NCBI GenBank assembly: GCA_964016885.1
Contig: OZ024744.1
Location: forward strand, 107,260,001-107,324,000
Source: Eledone cirrhosa
Taxonomy: Eukaryota
Length of the DNA stretch: 64,000 bases
Direction: 5' to 3'
The notes under the pieces are model-generated. The model searched no databases and had not been told where the DNA came from. It worked only from the letters and a program-made list of their open reading frames with translations. How positions within the stretch are numbered: position 1 is the first letter of the stretch; the number at the start of each line of letters is the position of its first letter. Made by a program: the position numbers and the translations under genes. This document shows positions 22,170 to 36,239 of this stretch, piece by piece.

Positions 22170-25165
22170 ATGGCAACTATACAAGTTGGATGTTTGAATG
22201 TACGTGGCCTGGGCATGCTCTGGAAACAGGGCCAGCTTTTAAATGATCTCAGGTCACATTGTATAGATGTGATAGCCATCACCGAGTCCAGGATTCACAA
22301 CAAGCAACAGCTAACCCCCATGTTCGATGACTTTGAGATCTACACATCTCTCTGTCAGCCAGGAGGTGGAGGGGGGAGTTGCTGTTCTGTTTCGAAAAAA
22401 TTTGGATCTCAAAGCACAAACGATTCACTTGGACCCGGAGGGCTGCTTGGTGGTCCTGGACGTGAATGGTAGTGAAGGTGGAGCTTTCAGACTGGTGGCC
22501 GTATATGCCCCCACTGGGACATCACGACCAGAGTTCTTCAAGCGTCTGGAGCCATTCCTGGAAGCGTCTCGCTCCTTAGTGTTAGCGGGGGAGTGGAATG
22601 GCATCTTAGATGCACATTGGGACTATGTAGGAGCTTGTGATAATAGAGGGGGGGTGTAATAGCCTCAAAAACCTCATCAGCCAATTCCAACTGGCTGATA
22701 GATATTGACTAGACTTCCCAAGTGTACCACTGTGGACGTGGAGCATGGGTCTTCTAGATCGAATTTAGATAGATTTTTAATTAGACAGAAAGATAAGGAA
22801 ACATTAAGCTGTCCACAAATACACATGGTTGCCTAATCAGACCACAAATTAGTCACCTGCATAGTCAACCTTGATAGAACACAGACAGGGACCCAGGTAC
22901 TGGAAGCTAAACATGTCGCTTCCGGTGCGTAAGGCTTACAGTAAACGGATTAGCACTTTAGTTAAGTGCCAGTTGACGGGTGCGATCGTCAACAACAGGT
23001 GGTGGAGCTCTCTCAAGAAAGCAATCAGAATAGAATTGATAGCATTTAGCAAGGAAGTAGCTTTAGAAAAAACAAAACCGAAAAGGAACTGGTAGCTAAA
23101 GTAGAAGAGGCACTTAGGAATGGCAGTACAGCTGACGTGCTAGCGGCGAGAACGGCACTAGATCAGTTCTTCAATGTGAAACACAAAGATTGTAATGTCA
23201 GAAGTAGAACACGTGCTCTAAGAAACGAGGGAGCCAAAGCTGTTAGGTGGGCCCGAGTGGCAGAGGCGAAAAGTGGCAACAAATCCACAATTCGTTCCTT
23301 GCAAGACAAAGATGGACGCATTCTACTTGAATCGAAGCAGATGTGCACGGCCTTCCAGCATCATTTTGCACAACTGTTCGGGCAAAGCAGTACGTCAAGG
23401 GAGGTGATGGACTTCAGCTCCTACCTCGACCACGGATGTGGAGAGCTGTGAAAGGCCGATCACAGCGGGCAAAATAGAAGATGCCCTAGGTCGCTGTGGG
23501 AAATGCAAATCACTCGGTTTAGATGGTCTACCCTATGAGTTTTACATAGGCATGCCAGACTTGTTCTCTGGCGTCCTTGAAGCGGTCTACTGCAACTGGC
23601 AGCAGAATGGGAGGATTCCCAGTTCTGTAGGCAGAGGCGTAGTAACGCTGATCAGGAAAGATGAGAACAAGGGGGATGAGATAAGCAATTTCAGGCCCAT
23701 AACTCTGCTCAACATAGAGTTAAAGATTTTGGCCAAGGTGTTAGCAGCGAGGCTGGCACTTCATCATCATCATCATCATCACTGTTTAACGTCCATTTTT
23801 CCATGCTAGCATTGTCGAGAACCTGGTAGATGAAGTGCAGACGTGTAATCCCAACCAGGTCCATACACGACAAACTCCACCTCATGCGATACATCATAGA
23901 GAGGGTAGGGTGTAAACCTGGCTTCAGTGGGGCTCTGATCAATTTAGATCAGTCTAAGGCATTTGATAAGGTCGATCATCAATACTTAGAAGCGGTTCTC
24001 AAGGCGGCTGGCTTCGGTCCCGTCTTCAGAGGCTGGATCGCTGCCATGCACACCAGCATCTGCTCGGCAGTCAAGGTGAATGGCTACCTATCGCAGCCAT
24101 TCCAAATCATGCGTTCCATCCGTCAGGGGTGCCCTCTCTCCTCCATTCTGTATGTACTGACTCTCGAGCCGTTACTGCGGAAATTGGAGCTATTGCAGGG
24201 CATCCCGATCGAACCAGGACTGCGGAAAGCAGCGTCAGCCTATGCCGAGGACATAACCGTAATGGTGTCGAAAACCTCGGAAATCAGGGTAATTGGCAAC
24301 CTATTACAGGAATACGAAACGTTGACAGGAGCAAGATTAAACCCAAACAAGTCTGTTGGTTTGCAACTCGGCACATGGAGAGGCAAACCCATGCCTTCCA
24401 ACAGTGTCATTGGACGCTGGACAGAAGGACTGATGAAATTGCTCGGGGTCTGGTTTGGTCCAGACCTCCAGGTGGAGAAAAACTGGAATGAGGTCACGGC
24501 GAAAGTGTTTGCACTCACCCAGAAGTGGGCTGAGTGCAAACTCTCCTTGAAAGGTCGAGCGGAGGTGGCGAACACTTACATAGCGTCTGTCATCTACTAC
24601 CGCTTGACAGTCGTGCCTTGTTCCCGCGAATACCTCACCAAAATAGAACGCCTACTCTTCAAGTTCCTCTGGAAGAAACAGGCTCCATTGGTGAGGAGAT
24701 CCATCTGCTGTCAACACCCTTCTAACGGAGGGCTGGGAATGCCGTGGCTGATGATGCGCAACCATGCGCTGAGGCTGCGCCATCTCCAGTGGTCCTGACC
24801 GGCGAACCGGTCTGGCTGTTGTTTGTGAGATGAGCTCTTCCACAATTCGTTGCACTAACAGAGCTGCAGTCCTGGGTCAAGCTAAGACCGAAAATGGGCG
24901 TCTGGTACCTCGAGTGCCTCCAGGCGCTCCCAGCCTTCTTCCAAGCGGAAACGGCAATCAGCGGAGACTCCACTTCGACATTCTATAGGGGATTAGTGGA
25001 GGATAAGTGTGACGACGTTCTCGGGGAAACTCTAGCCATCGAGGAAGACGAACTGACCAGTCTGTTCGGGAGGACTTTCCGTCCAGGGCCTATGGATAAC
25101 TTCCAGAGGTCTCTGGCCTGGCAGTGTTACCGAGGAGCTCTACCAGTTTGAGACAAAATCTACAG
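22170..25165 (+). pseudogene. Tx1-like ORF2 (APE endonuclease plus RT) pseudogene
   Basis: GCLNVRGL, AVYAP, YWKLN, GLDGLPYEFY, NFRPITLLN, DQSKAFDKVDH, RQGCPLS, AYAEDIT, GGLGMP. Confidence 0.95.
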
Positions 25166-25405
25166 TGAGGTCTCTGCCTGCACGACCCTCTCAGAAATAA
25201 GTGGGCGAAGAAAAAGATTTCAGAGTAAATCATGATATCAATAAAAACCTAAAATTAGCAGGGACATGTACATTTGTAAATTCATATCATTGTGATTGGG
25301 GAAAATCGTCTTCCTCACAGCAATATCACATCACCACAAGTGAGTACAACTACTGGTTTCACCGATCATGTGATTGATGAAGCAAGAATTCCCTCAACTC
25401 ACTGT

Positions 25406-25756
25406 GACAGACTTCACTACTTTGACATAGACTCAACCAACAATTCCCTCTGAGACAGACTTCACTACCTTGACATAGACTCAACCAACAATTCCCTCTG
25501 AGACAGACTTCACTACTTTGACATAGACTCAACCAACAATTCCCTCTGAGACAGACTTCACTACCTTGACATAGACTCGACCAACAATTCCCTCTGAGAC
25601 AGACTTCACTACCTTGACATAGACTCAACCAACAATTCCCTCAATTCACTACCTTGACATAGACTCAACCAACAATTCCCTCTCAGACAGACTTCACTAC
25701 CTTGACATAGACTCAACCAACAATTCCCTCAACTCACTGAGACAGACTTCACTACC
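25406..25756. repeat. 48-bp minisatellite (~7 copies)
   Basis: Unit GACAGACTTCACTACCTTGACATAGACTCAACCAACAATTCCCTCTGA. Confidence 0.95.
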
Positions 25757-26181
25757 ACAAATGAACCAGGCAAACAAACAAACTTTACTATCCTCTGCTA
25801 AACTATATGTAAATGTGGTTGGTGTTAGGAAGGGCATCCAGCAGTAGAAAACTTGCCAGATAGAGTCTTATACAAGGGAGACACGGTTAGCCGATCAATC
25901 TTGCCTCAAGTGGAACAATTGTCGCCTAACCCATGCTAGTGTGGAAGATGGACGTTAAACAATGATGATGATATATAGTAATAATAAATGTGAAGACTAA
26001 AATCCGAAGAGGGCTCGCTAAGTAATATATATTATATTAAAGAGTTAAACAAGATTCAATGAGTACATCAAAGAATGAGTTTTACAGTAGATTGGAAGCA
26101 CTCTACAGTAAAAATATTTTCCAGAGTTATTAATATTAAAATACAAATATTAATAAAATAGATGTTCTTTTGATCAATTAA

Positions 26182-26234
26182 ATTTTATTATACATATTTC
26201 AGAGGTACAGCAGTACGTCCTCATCAGACAAAAT
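26182..26234 (-). ncRNA. Minimal type I hammerhead ribozyme (family A variant)
   Basis: ATTTTGT CTGATGA GGACGTAC-TGCT-GTACCTCT GAAA TATGTA TA ATAAAAT. Confidence 0.8.
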
Positions 26235-27785
26235 ATAATGATACATGACATACCCTGAGATGTTAAATGGTTAAGATTTAATCAAGGTAGTATTGTATTT
26301 TAATATATATATATATATAGTAAATGAGTGAAGAATAACAGATTGGCTGTACAATAGGGTTTATTCAAAGTATTAACAAATGTTTCATTAGTCATATATA
26401 CATATTCCCACACACATTTAGTATTGATGGTCATAAGAATGAGTACTCAATACCATAGTAGAGATTAACATTATTAAGGTCAAATGTGTTCTATTTGAGC
26501 CTTATCCGATAACCCTGTGAGGACATGAGTGAAAATGCAAAGTAATAGAACTCTTAAGTTGACCTTAATAAAAAAAAAAACAAACATACATATGTATGTG
26601 TGTGTATATATATGCATTGTAGTCAATGAACTACATACAATTTTATGGCGGGAGGAAAGAACAAGGGAAGAAAGTACTTGATTCCTCTGACATTTCAACA
26701 ATTATATCCGCCATCAGTGAATGTGAGTGTAGGCATGGCTTTGGAGTTAAGAAGTTTACTTTACAACCATGCAATTCAGGGTTCACTCCCCTTGCCCCTT
26801 CACATTGGGCAAGAGTTTTCTACTACACTATTTATTATGTTGAGCAATGTTTATGAATAAAATTTGTTAGACAGGAACCATGGAAGCCTGTCGTGTATAC
26901 AGATACATAAATCTATGTATGTGTATATACATATATATACAGTGTGGATCAAAAATACTATTTCAAAAGGCTATATTTTTTAAACAAATAGCCATATAAT
27001 CATGTGGTAACTTGAACAATACATGTCTGAATATAAAGTTTTATCTTTTTCTAGAACTTTTAGAAATTTACATAAAGTTATTTACATATTGAGCATTTGT
27101 AAAAATTGTAAATAAAATCAATTGCACCTCACTAAGGTGGTGACACTTGACCATGACCTCTGGTCATTGCAGAAGACGCTCCCTCTATTATTCTCGGGCT
27201 GAGGCATATATCTAGTAGGCAACACCATTCCCTACCATCTCACTTCCCATAAACTCCCTTTATAACTATGGCCGCAATTTCCCAAAGCATCTTCCCCACC
27301 CCTCACAAGTTTTCAACCCCCTCTATAAAGTGATGACCCCTGGGGCCACAACAAAAGAGCCCAGTCCACACTATCGTGGTCATGTAGGTATAATGACAAA
27401 AGCGAGCGCCCAGGCCACACTGTAAAGTGGTAGTGTAGGTGTCACGACAAAAATCAGCCATATAATCATATATATATATGTATTATATATGTATAAATTA
27501 TATATATATATATTATCATCATCATCATCATCATCATTTTACGTCCGCTTTACCCTGCTTGCAAGGGTGGGACGGGAACTGATTCTGGCTTGATTTCTAC
27601 AGCTGGATGCCCTTCCTAACACCAACCTCATTTACAGTGAGTGCTGGGTGCTTTTTTGCCGTGGCACCTCCTCATTTCTACAGCTGAGTAAACTGGAGCA
27701 ATGTGAAATAAAGTGTCTTGCTCAAGGAACCAACACATTACCTGGTCTGAGAATTGAACTCACAACCTTTCGATTGCAAGGCCAA

Positions 27786-27896
27786 TTTTTATATATATAT
27801 ATATATTATATATATATAAATTATATAAATATATTATATATATAATATATATAAATATATTATATATATAATATATATAAATATATTATATATATA

Positions 27897-27952
<56 letters not shown>

Positions 27953-28087
27953 TATATATATATATATATTATATATATTATATATATTATATATATTATA
28001 TATATATATAATATATATATATATATATTATATATATTATATATATATATATATTATATATATATATAGATATATATATATATATTA

Positions 28088-28137
<50 letters not shown>

Positions 28138-28540
28138 TATATTATATATATATATATATATATTATATATAAATGAAAAGTATAGAAATTATTATGAGCA
28201 AGAAGCACACAGTATTTCATAATATATAAGTGACTATAGCGTCAAAATGGGAAAATAGTTAACGTAGGATGTGGGAAAAATAATTCAAACTCAATTCAAA
28301 AAGAATCAGGATATAGATTCATCCAACAGAATTTAGTGAAATTCAGGGAGAAATCAATAGACCCTTAACTCATGATAAAATAAAGTTTAATATACTCATC
28401 CATCAATTTGGAAAAACTACAAATGCTCTATATATTATATGCTATATATATATTATATATATATATATAATATATATATTATATATATATTATATATATA
28501 TTATATATAATATATATATAATATATATTAAATATAATAA
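27786..28540. repeat. (TA)n-rich microsatellite blocks
   Basis: Direct inspection. Confidence 0.9.
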
Positions 28541-28659
28541 CCGCCGAGGTTAACTTTGCCTTTCATCCTTACGGGGTCGATAAAATAAAGTACCAGTAAT
28601 TCACTGGGTAATTGCTGGCCTTGTGCCAAAAGTAGAAACAATTATATATATATTATATA

Positions 28660-29135
28660 TATCATCATCATCATCATCATCAGTTAATGTCTATCTTCCA
28701 CGCTAGCATGGGTTTAGACGGGAATTGGTCGTCTCGCTCGTATAGGACTGTCTGGCGGGTTTTCTACGGCTGGATGCCCTTCCTAACACCAACCACGTTT
28801 ACAGTGTGGACTGGGAGGTTTTTACCGTGTTACCTACACGGCCACATTACAGCATCGACTGTGTGTTTTTTTGTCGTGACACCTACACGATCTCATTTAT
28901 GTGGATGTTGTGCACCAACATAACTTTACAGAGAAAGGGATGGTGTAGATGGGGGTGGGGTAGTGGGATGAGGGTGCATTTTTGGTTAGGAGGTGCCTAC
29001 TGACTGTAGGTTTCGCTTTGTACTTAGGCAAGGCGGGTCTGCTGTATTATCTTCTGCCAAAGATCTCGGTCCAGTGACATTGTCTTGGAGAGGTGTAAGT
29101 GTGTAAGGTCGAAATTTATCAAATCGTCCCAGGTT

Positions 29136-29167
<32 letters not shown>

Positions 29168-29668
29168 CATCATCATCATCGTTTAACGTCCATCTTCCAT
29201 GCTAGCATGGGTTAGACAGGAGTTGTGCCACTTGAGGCAAGGTTGGTCGGGTGACCGTGTCTCGCAGGCTTTCTACGTCTGGATGCCCTTCCTAACACCA
29301 GTGTGGAACTGGAAACTTTTTACCATGTTACCTACACGGCCATATTACAGCATGGACAGTTATTTTTATTTTTTTTTTTTGTCGTGACACCATTATCTCA
29401 TTTATTAGGACTGGATGTTGTGGTACCAACTTTACAGAGAGAGGGTGGTGTTGGTGGGAGTGGGAGGATAGGGGAGGGGTAGTGGGAGGATAGGGTAGGG
29501 GTAGTGGGAGGATAGGGTAGGGGTAGTGAATTGGGGTGTATATTTGGATAGGAGGTGCCTACTGACTATAGGTTTCGCTTTGTACATAGGCTAGGCGGGT
29601 CTACTGTATTACTGCGTAGCGCCAAAGATCTCGGTCCAGTGACATTGTCTTAGAGAAGTGCAAGTGTA
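28660..29668 (-). mobile_element. Two RTE LINE 3' ends with long 3' UTR (28660-29135 and 29167-29668)
   Basis: (CAT)n tails; same UTR as 41080-41675 and 42975-43565. Confidence 0.85.
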
Positions 29669-30263
29669 TATATATAATATATAATATATATATTATATTA
29701 TGTATATATTATACATATATATATATTATATATATATATTATATTATATATATATTATACATATATATATATATATATTATATATATATATTATATTATA
29801 TATATATTAAACATATATGGAGGCACATGGCTTAGTGGTTAGAGCATTGGCCTTGCAATCGAAAGGTTGTGAGTTCAATTCTCTGACCGGGTGATGTGTT
29901 GTTTCCTTGAGCAAGACACTTTATTTCACATTGCTCCAGTTTACTCAGCTGTAGAAATGAGATGATAGGACTGGGGTCCCTATCATTCCACTGCAAAGTG
30001 GACGTGTAGGTGCCACAGCAAAAGAAAAAGCACACAGCCTAAACTGTAAAGTGGATGTGTAGGCGCCATGGAAAAAAAGCACCCAGCACTCACTGTAAAT
30101 GAGGTTGGTGTTAGGAAGGGCATACAGCTGTAGAAAGCAAGTCAAAATCAGTTCTGTGTGAGCAAATCTCCTGACCTGATCCCTCACAAAGGAACAACCT
30201 GTCCTACCCATGCTATTGTGGAAGATGGACATTAAACGATGATGATGATGATGATGGTATATA

Positions 30264-30557
30264 CAGTGGAAGCTTGGTTCCCGAACACCTCTCATGAACA
30301 AATCAGTTCATAAACAATTTTCTGAATATAAAACGTCTTGGTTCATGAACGGAGTCTCAAGTGACAAACAGTTCAAGTATTGATGGGAAATATCACTTGG
30401 TGTGTAGTTAGTTACTGTGGTGATATCTACCTGTCTTCCACAGTCTCTTTCTCTCTCTCTCAACAGTTTGTATGGGAAAATAGTTTCAGTTTATGAACAT
30501 TTCGAGTGATGAATGACCTTCAGGAACGAATCAAGTTTGAGAACCGAGGCTACACTT
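30264..30557. mobile_element. Tigger/pogo-like MITE
   Basis: TA-CAGTGGAAGCTTGGTTCCCGAAC ... GTTTGAGAACCGAGGCTACACTT imperfect TIRs. Confidence 0.7.
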
Positions 30558-30726
30558 TGTGTATAAAGACTATATATAAATATATATACATCGTCATCAT
30601 CATCATTGTTTAATGTCCATTTCCATGAATGCATGGGTTAGACAAGTTGTCATGTTATGACACAAGCCAGATCAGGTGACCATCTCTTGCTCATGGAGAT
30701 CTGAAGTTTGGCTTGATTTCTTTGGC

Positions 30727-33700
30727 TGGATGTCCTTCCTAATGCACACCACATTACAGTGTTGACCAACACTTTATTTGGATGCCCTTCCTAATGCACA
30801 CCACATTACAGTGTTGACTAACACTCTTTATTTGGATGCCCTTCCTAATGCACACCACATTACAGTGTTGACCAACACTTTATTTGGATGCCCTTCCTAA
30901 TGCACACCACATTACAGTGTTGACTAACACTCTTTATTTGGACGCCCTTCCTAATGCACACCACATTACAGTGTTGACCAACACTCTTTATTTGGATGCC
31001 CTTCCTAATGCACACCACATTACAGTGTTGACTAACACTCTTTATTTGGATGCCCTTCCTAATGCACACCACATTACAGTGTTGACTAACACTCTTTATT
31101 TGGATGCCCTTCCTAATGCACACCACATTACAGTGTTGACCAACACTCTTTATTTGGATGCCCTTCCTAATGCACACCACATTACAGTGTTGACCAACAC
31201 TCTTTATTTGGATGCCCTTCCTAATGCACACCACATTACAGTGTTGACCAACACTCTTTATTTGGATGCCCTTCCTAATGCACACCACATTACAGTGTTG
31301 ACCAACACTCTTTATTTGGATGCCCTTCCTAATGCACACCACATTACAGTGTTGACCAACACTCTTTATTTGGATGCCCTTCCTAATGCACACCACATTA
31401 CAGTGTTGACCAACACTCTTTATTTGGATGCCCTTCCTAATGCACACCACATTACAGTGTTGACCAACACTCTTTATTTGGATGCCCTTCCTAATGCACA
31501 CCACATTACAGTGTTGACCAACACTCTTTATTTGGATGCCCTTCCTAATGCACACCACATTACAGTGTTGACCAACACTCTTTATTTGGATGCCCTTCCT
31601 AATGCACACCACATTACAGTGTTGACCAACACTCTTTATTTGGATGCCCTTCCTAATGCACACCACATTACAGTGTTGACCAACACTCTTTATTTGGATG
31701 CCCTTCCTAATGCACACCACATTACAGTGTTGACCAACACTCTTTATTTGGATGCCCTTCCTAATGCACACCACATTACAGTGTTGACCAACACTCTTTA
31801 TTTGGATGCCCTTCCTAATGCACACCACATTACAGTGTTGACCAACACTCTTTATTTGGATGCCCTTCCTAATGCACACCACATTACAGTGTTGACCAAC
31901 ACTCTTTATTTGGATGCCCTTCCTAATGCACACCACATTACAGTGTTGACCAACACTCTTTATTTGGATGCCCTTCCTAATGCACACCACATTACAGTGT
32001 TGACTAACACTCTTTATTTGGATGCCCTTCCTAATGCACACCACATTACAGTGTTGACCAACACTCTTTATTTGGATGCCCTTCCTAATGCACACCACAT
32101 TACAGTGTTGACTAACACTTTATTTGGATGCCCTTCCTAATGCACACCACATTACAGTGTTGACCAACACTCTTTATTTGGATGCCCTTCCTAATGCACA
32201 CCACATTACAGTGTTGACCAACACTCTTTATTTGGATGCCCTTCCTAATGCACACCACATTACAGTGTTGACCAACACTCTTTATTTGGATGCCCTTCCT
32301 AATGCACACCACATTACAGTGTTGACTAACACTCTTTATTTGGATGCCCTTCCTAATGCACACCACATTACAGTGTTGACTAACACTCTTTATTTGGATG
32401 CCCTTCCTAATGCACACCACATTACAGTGTTGACCAACACTCTTTATTTGGATGCCCTTCCTAATGCACACCACATTACAGTGTTGACCAACACTCTTTA
32501 TTTGGATGCCCTTCCTAATGCACACCACATTACAGTGTTGACTAACACTCTTTATTTGGATGCCCTTCCTAATGCACACCACATTACAGTGTTGACCAAC
32601 ACTCTTTATTTGGATGCCCTTCCTAATGCACACCACATTACAGTGTTGACCAACACTCTTTATTTGGATGCCCTTCCTAATGCACACCACATTACAGTGT
32701 TGACTAACACTCTTTATTTGGATGCCCTTCCTAATGCACACCACATTACAGTGTTGACTAACACTCTTTATTTGGATGCCCTTCCTAATGCACACCACAT
32801 TACAGTGTTGACCAACACTCTTTATTTGGATGCCCTTCCTAATGCACACCACATTACAGTGTTGACCAACACTCTTTATTTGGATGCCCTTCCTAATGCA
32901 CACCACATTACAGTGTTGACTAACACTCTTTATTTGGATGCCCTTCCTAATGCACACCACATTACAGTGTTGACTAACACTCTTTATTTGGATGCCCTTC
33001 CTAATGCACACCACATTACAGTGTTGACCAACACTCTTTATTTGGATGCCCTTCCTAATGCACACCACATTACAGTGTTGACCAACACTCTTTATTTGGA
33101 TGCCCTTCCTAATGCACACCACATTACAGTGTTGACTAACACTCTTTATTTGGATGCCCTTCCTAATGCACACCACATTACAGTGTTGACCAACACTCTT
33201 TATTTGGATGCCCTTCCTAATGCACACCACATTACAGTGTTGACCAACACTCTTTATTTGGATGCCCTTCCTAATGCACACCACATTACAGTGTTGACCA
33301 ACACTATTTGGATGCCCTTCCTAATGCACACCACATTACAGTGTTGACTAACACTCTTTATTTGGATGCCCTTCCTAATGCACACCACATTACAGTGTTG
33401 ACCAACACTCTTTATTTGGATGCCCTTCCTAATGCACACCACATTACAGTGTTGACTAACACTCTTTATTTGGATGCCCTTCCTAATGCACACCACATTA
33501 CAGTGTTGACCAACACTCTTTATTTGGATGCCCTTCCTAATGCACACCACATTACAGTGTTGACCAACACTATTTGGATGCCCTTCCTAATGCACACCAC
33601 ATTACAGTGTTGACCAACACTATTTGGATGCCCTTCCTAATGCACACCACATTACAGTGTTGACTAACACTCTTTATTTGGATGCCCTTCCTAATGCACA

Positions 33701-35664
33701 CCACATTACAGTGTTGACTAACACTCTTTATTTGGATGCCCTTCCTAATGCACACCACATTACAGTGTTGACTAACACTCTTTATTTGGATGCCCTTCCT
33801 AATGCACACCACATTACAGTGTTGACCAACACTCTTTATTTGGATGCCCTTCCTAATGCACACCACATTACAGTGTTGACCAACACTCTTTATTTGGATG
33901 CCCTTCCTAATGCACACCACATTACAGTGTTGACTAACACTCTTTATTTGGATGCCCTTCCTAATGCACACCACATTACAGTGTTGACCAACACTCTTTA
34001 TTTGGATGCCCTTCCTAATGCACACCACATTACAGTGTTGACCAACACTCTTTATTTGGATGCCCTTCCTAATGCACACCACATTACAGTGTTGACCAAC
34101 ACTCTTTATTTGGATGCCCTTCCTAATGCACACCACATTACAGTGTTGACCAACACTCTTTATTTGGATGCCCTTCCTAATGCACACCACATTACAGTGT
34201 TGACCAACACTCTTTATTTGGATGCCCTTCCTAATGCACACCACATTACAGTGTTGACCAACACTCTTTATTTGGATGCCCTTCCTAATGCACACCACAT
34301 TACAGTGTTGACCAACACTCTTTATTTGGATGCCCTTCCTAATGCACACCACATTACAGTGTTGACCAACACTCTTTATTTGGATGCCCTTCCTAATGCA
34401 CACCACATTACAGTGTTGACTAACACTCTTTATTTGGATGCCCTTCCTAATGCACACCACATTACAGTGTTGACCAACACTCTTTATTTGGATGCCCTTC
34501 CTAATGCACACCACATTACAGTGTTGACCAACACTATTTGGATGCCCTTCCTAATGCACACCACATTACAGTGTTGACCAACACTATTTGGATGCCCTTC
34601 CTAATGCACACCACATTACAGTGTTGACCAACACTCTTTATTTGGATGCCCTTCCTAATGCACACCACATTACAGTGTTGACTAACACTCTTTATTTGGA
34701 TGCCCTTCCTAATGCACACCACATTACAGTGTTGACTAACACTCTTTATTTGGATGCCCTTCCTAATGCACACCACATTACAGTGTTGACCAACACTCTT
34801 TATTTGGATGCCCTTCCTAATGCACACCACATTACAGTGTTGACCAACACTCTTTATTTGGATGCCCTTCCTAATGCACACCACATTACAGTGTTGACTA
34901 ACACTCTTTATTTGGATGCCCTTCCTAATGCACACCACATTACAGTGTTGACCAACACTATTTGGATGCCCTTCCTAATGCACACCACATTACAGTGTTG
35001 ACCAACACTCTTTATTTGGATGCCCTTCCTAATGCACACCACATTACAGTGTTGACCAACACTCTTTATTTGGATGCCCTTCCTAATGCACACCACATTA
35101 CAGTGTTGACCAACACTCTTTATTTGGATGCCCTTCCTAATGCACACCACATTACAGTGTTGACCAACACTCTTTATTTGGATGCCCTTCCTAATGCACA
35201 CCACATTACAGTGTTGACCAACACTCTTTATTTGGATGCCCTTCCTAATGCACACCACATTACAGTGTTGACCAACACTCTTTATTTGGATGCCCTTCCT
35301 AATGCACACCACATTACAGTGTTGACCAACACTCTTTATTTGGATGCCCTTCCTAATGCACACCACATTACAGTGTTGACTAACACTCTTTATTTGGATG
35401 CCCTTCCTAATGCACACCACATTACAGTGTTGACCAACACTCTTTATTTGGATGCCCTTCCTAATGCACACCACATTACAGTGTTGACCAACACTCTTTA
35501 TTTGGATGCCCTTCCTAATGCACACCACATTACAGTGTTGACCAACACTCTTTATTTGGATGCCCTTCCTAATGCACACCACATTACAGTGTTGACTAAC
35601 ACTCTTTATTTGGATGCCCTTCCTAATGCACACCACATTACAGTGTTGACCAACACTCTTTATT
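30727..35664. repeat. 54-bp tandem satellite, ~91 copies, derived from RTE 3' UTR
   Basis: Unit TGGATGCCCTTCCTAATGCACACCACATTACAGTGTTGAC(C/T)AACACTCTTTATT; flanked by the RTE tail (30588-30726) and degenerate UTR subunits (35665-35825). Confidence 0.98.
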
Positions 35665-36239
35665 GTGGTATTGAAACAACTACCTTACAGGGGGAATTGG
35701 CTGCTTTTTCTCGTGTCACCAATACAACGACCTTACAGGACCAACAGGGTGCTTTTGTTGTGGCACCAGATCAGCATATATGGTGGATTTTGTGCTTTTT
35801 GTCGTGGCTGGCAATGACATTGTAGGAGATCAGATGTAGAGCGTGGCCAAATTTGATGCTGCTTCTGTGTGTGGGTTGGGCAGGTGAGGTGTATCAGGGA
35901 CGAGGGTTGGGCAGGTGGTGTATCAGGGATGAGGGTTGGGCAGGTGGTGTATCAGGGACGAGGGTTGGGGAGAGTTGGCACAGGTAGGCAAGTTTGACAT
36001 TAATTAGGTGTGTGGGATATTTAGCAGGTAAGATTGGATGGGGGTGTGTAGGAGTGGAGAGAGGACTAGTACTGACTAGTGTGACCTCAACACAAAATGA
36101 AGGAGAGATTGTATGATATGTGTATACAAACATGGTAGTGAAACCAGAGCACTGTATGCAGAGGCCCCGTGAAGATTGGAAAGAAATGAAGCTTGCATGC
36201 TCCAGTGTGTAATAGTAATATACACTATTAAGTTAGACA

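Larger units (their letters stand above)
20270..25165 (+). mobile_element. L1/Tx1-clade LINE, near full length, decayed and 3' truncated
   Basis: ORF1 plus ORF2 architecture with APE endonuclease and reverse transcriptase domains. Confidence 0.92.

Noticed and set aside
20270-25165. Active autonomous LINE
   Set aside because: Multiple stops and frameshifts, YAED in place of YADD, an internal insertion and a missing 3' end.
30727-35664. CRISPR array or long repeat-protein genes (DALPNAHHITVLTNTLYL and VCIRKGIQIKSVGQHCNV ORFs)
   Set aside because: There are no unique spacers and no cas genes. The ORFs arise because 54 is a multiple of 3 and are broken by 50/52-bp units.
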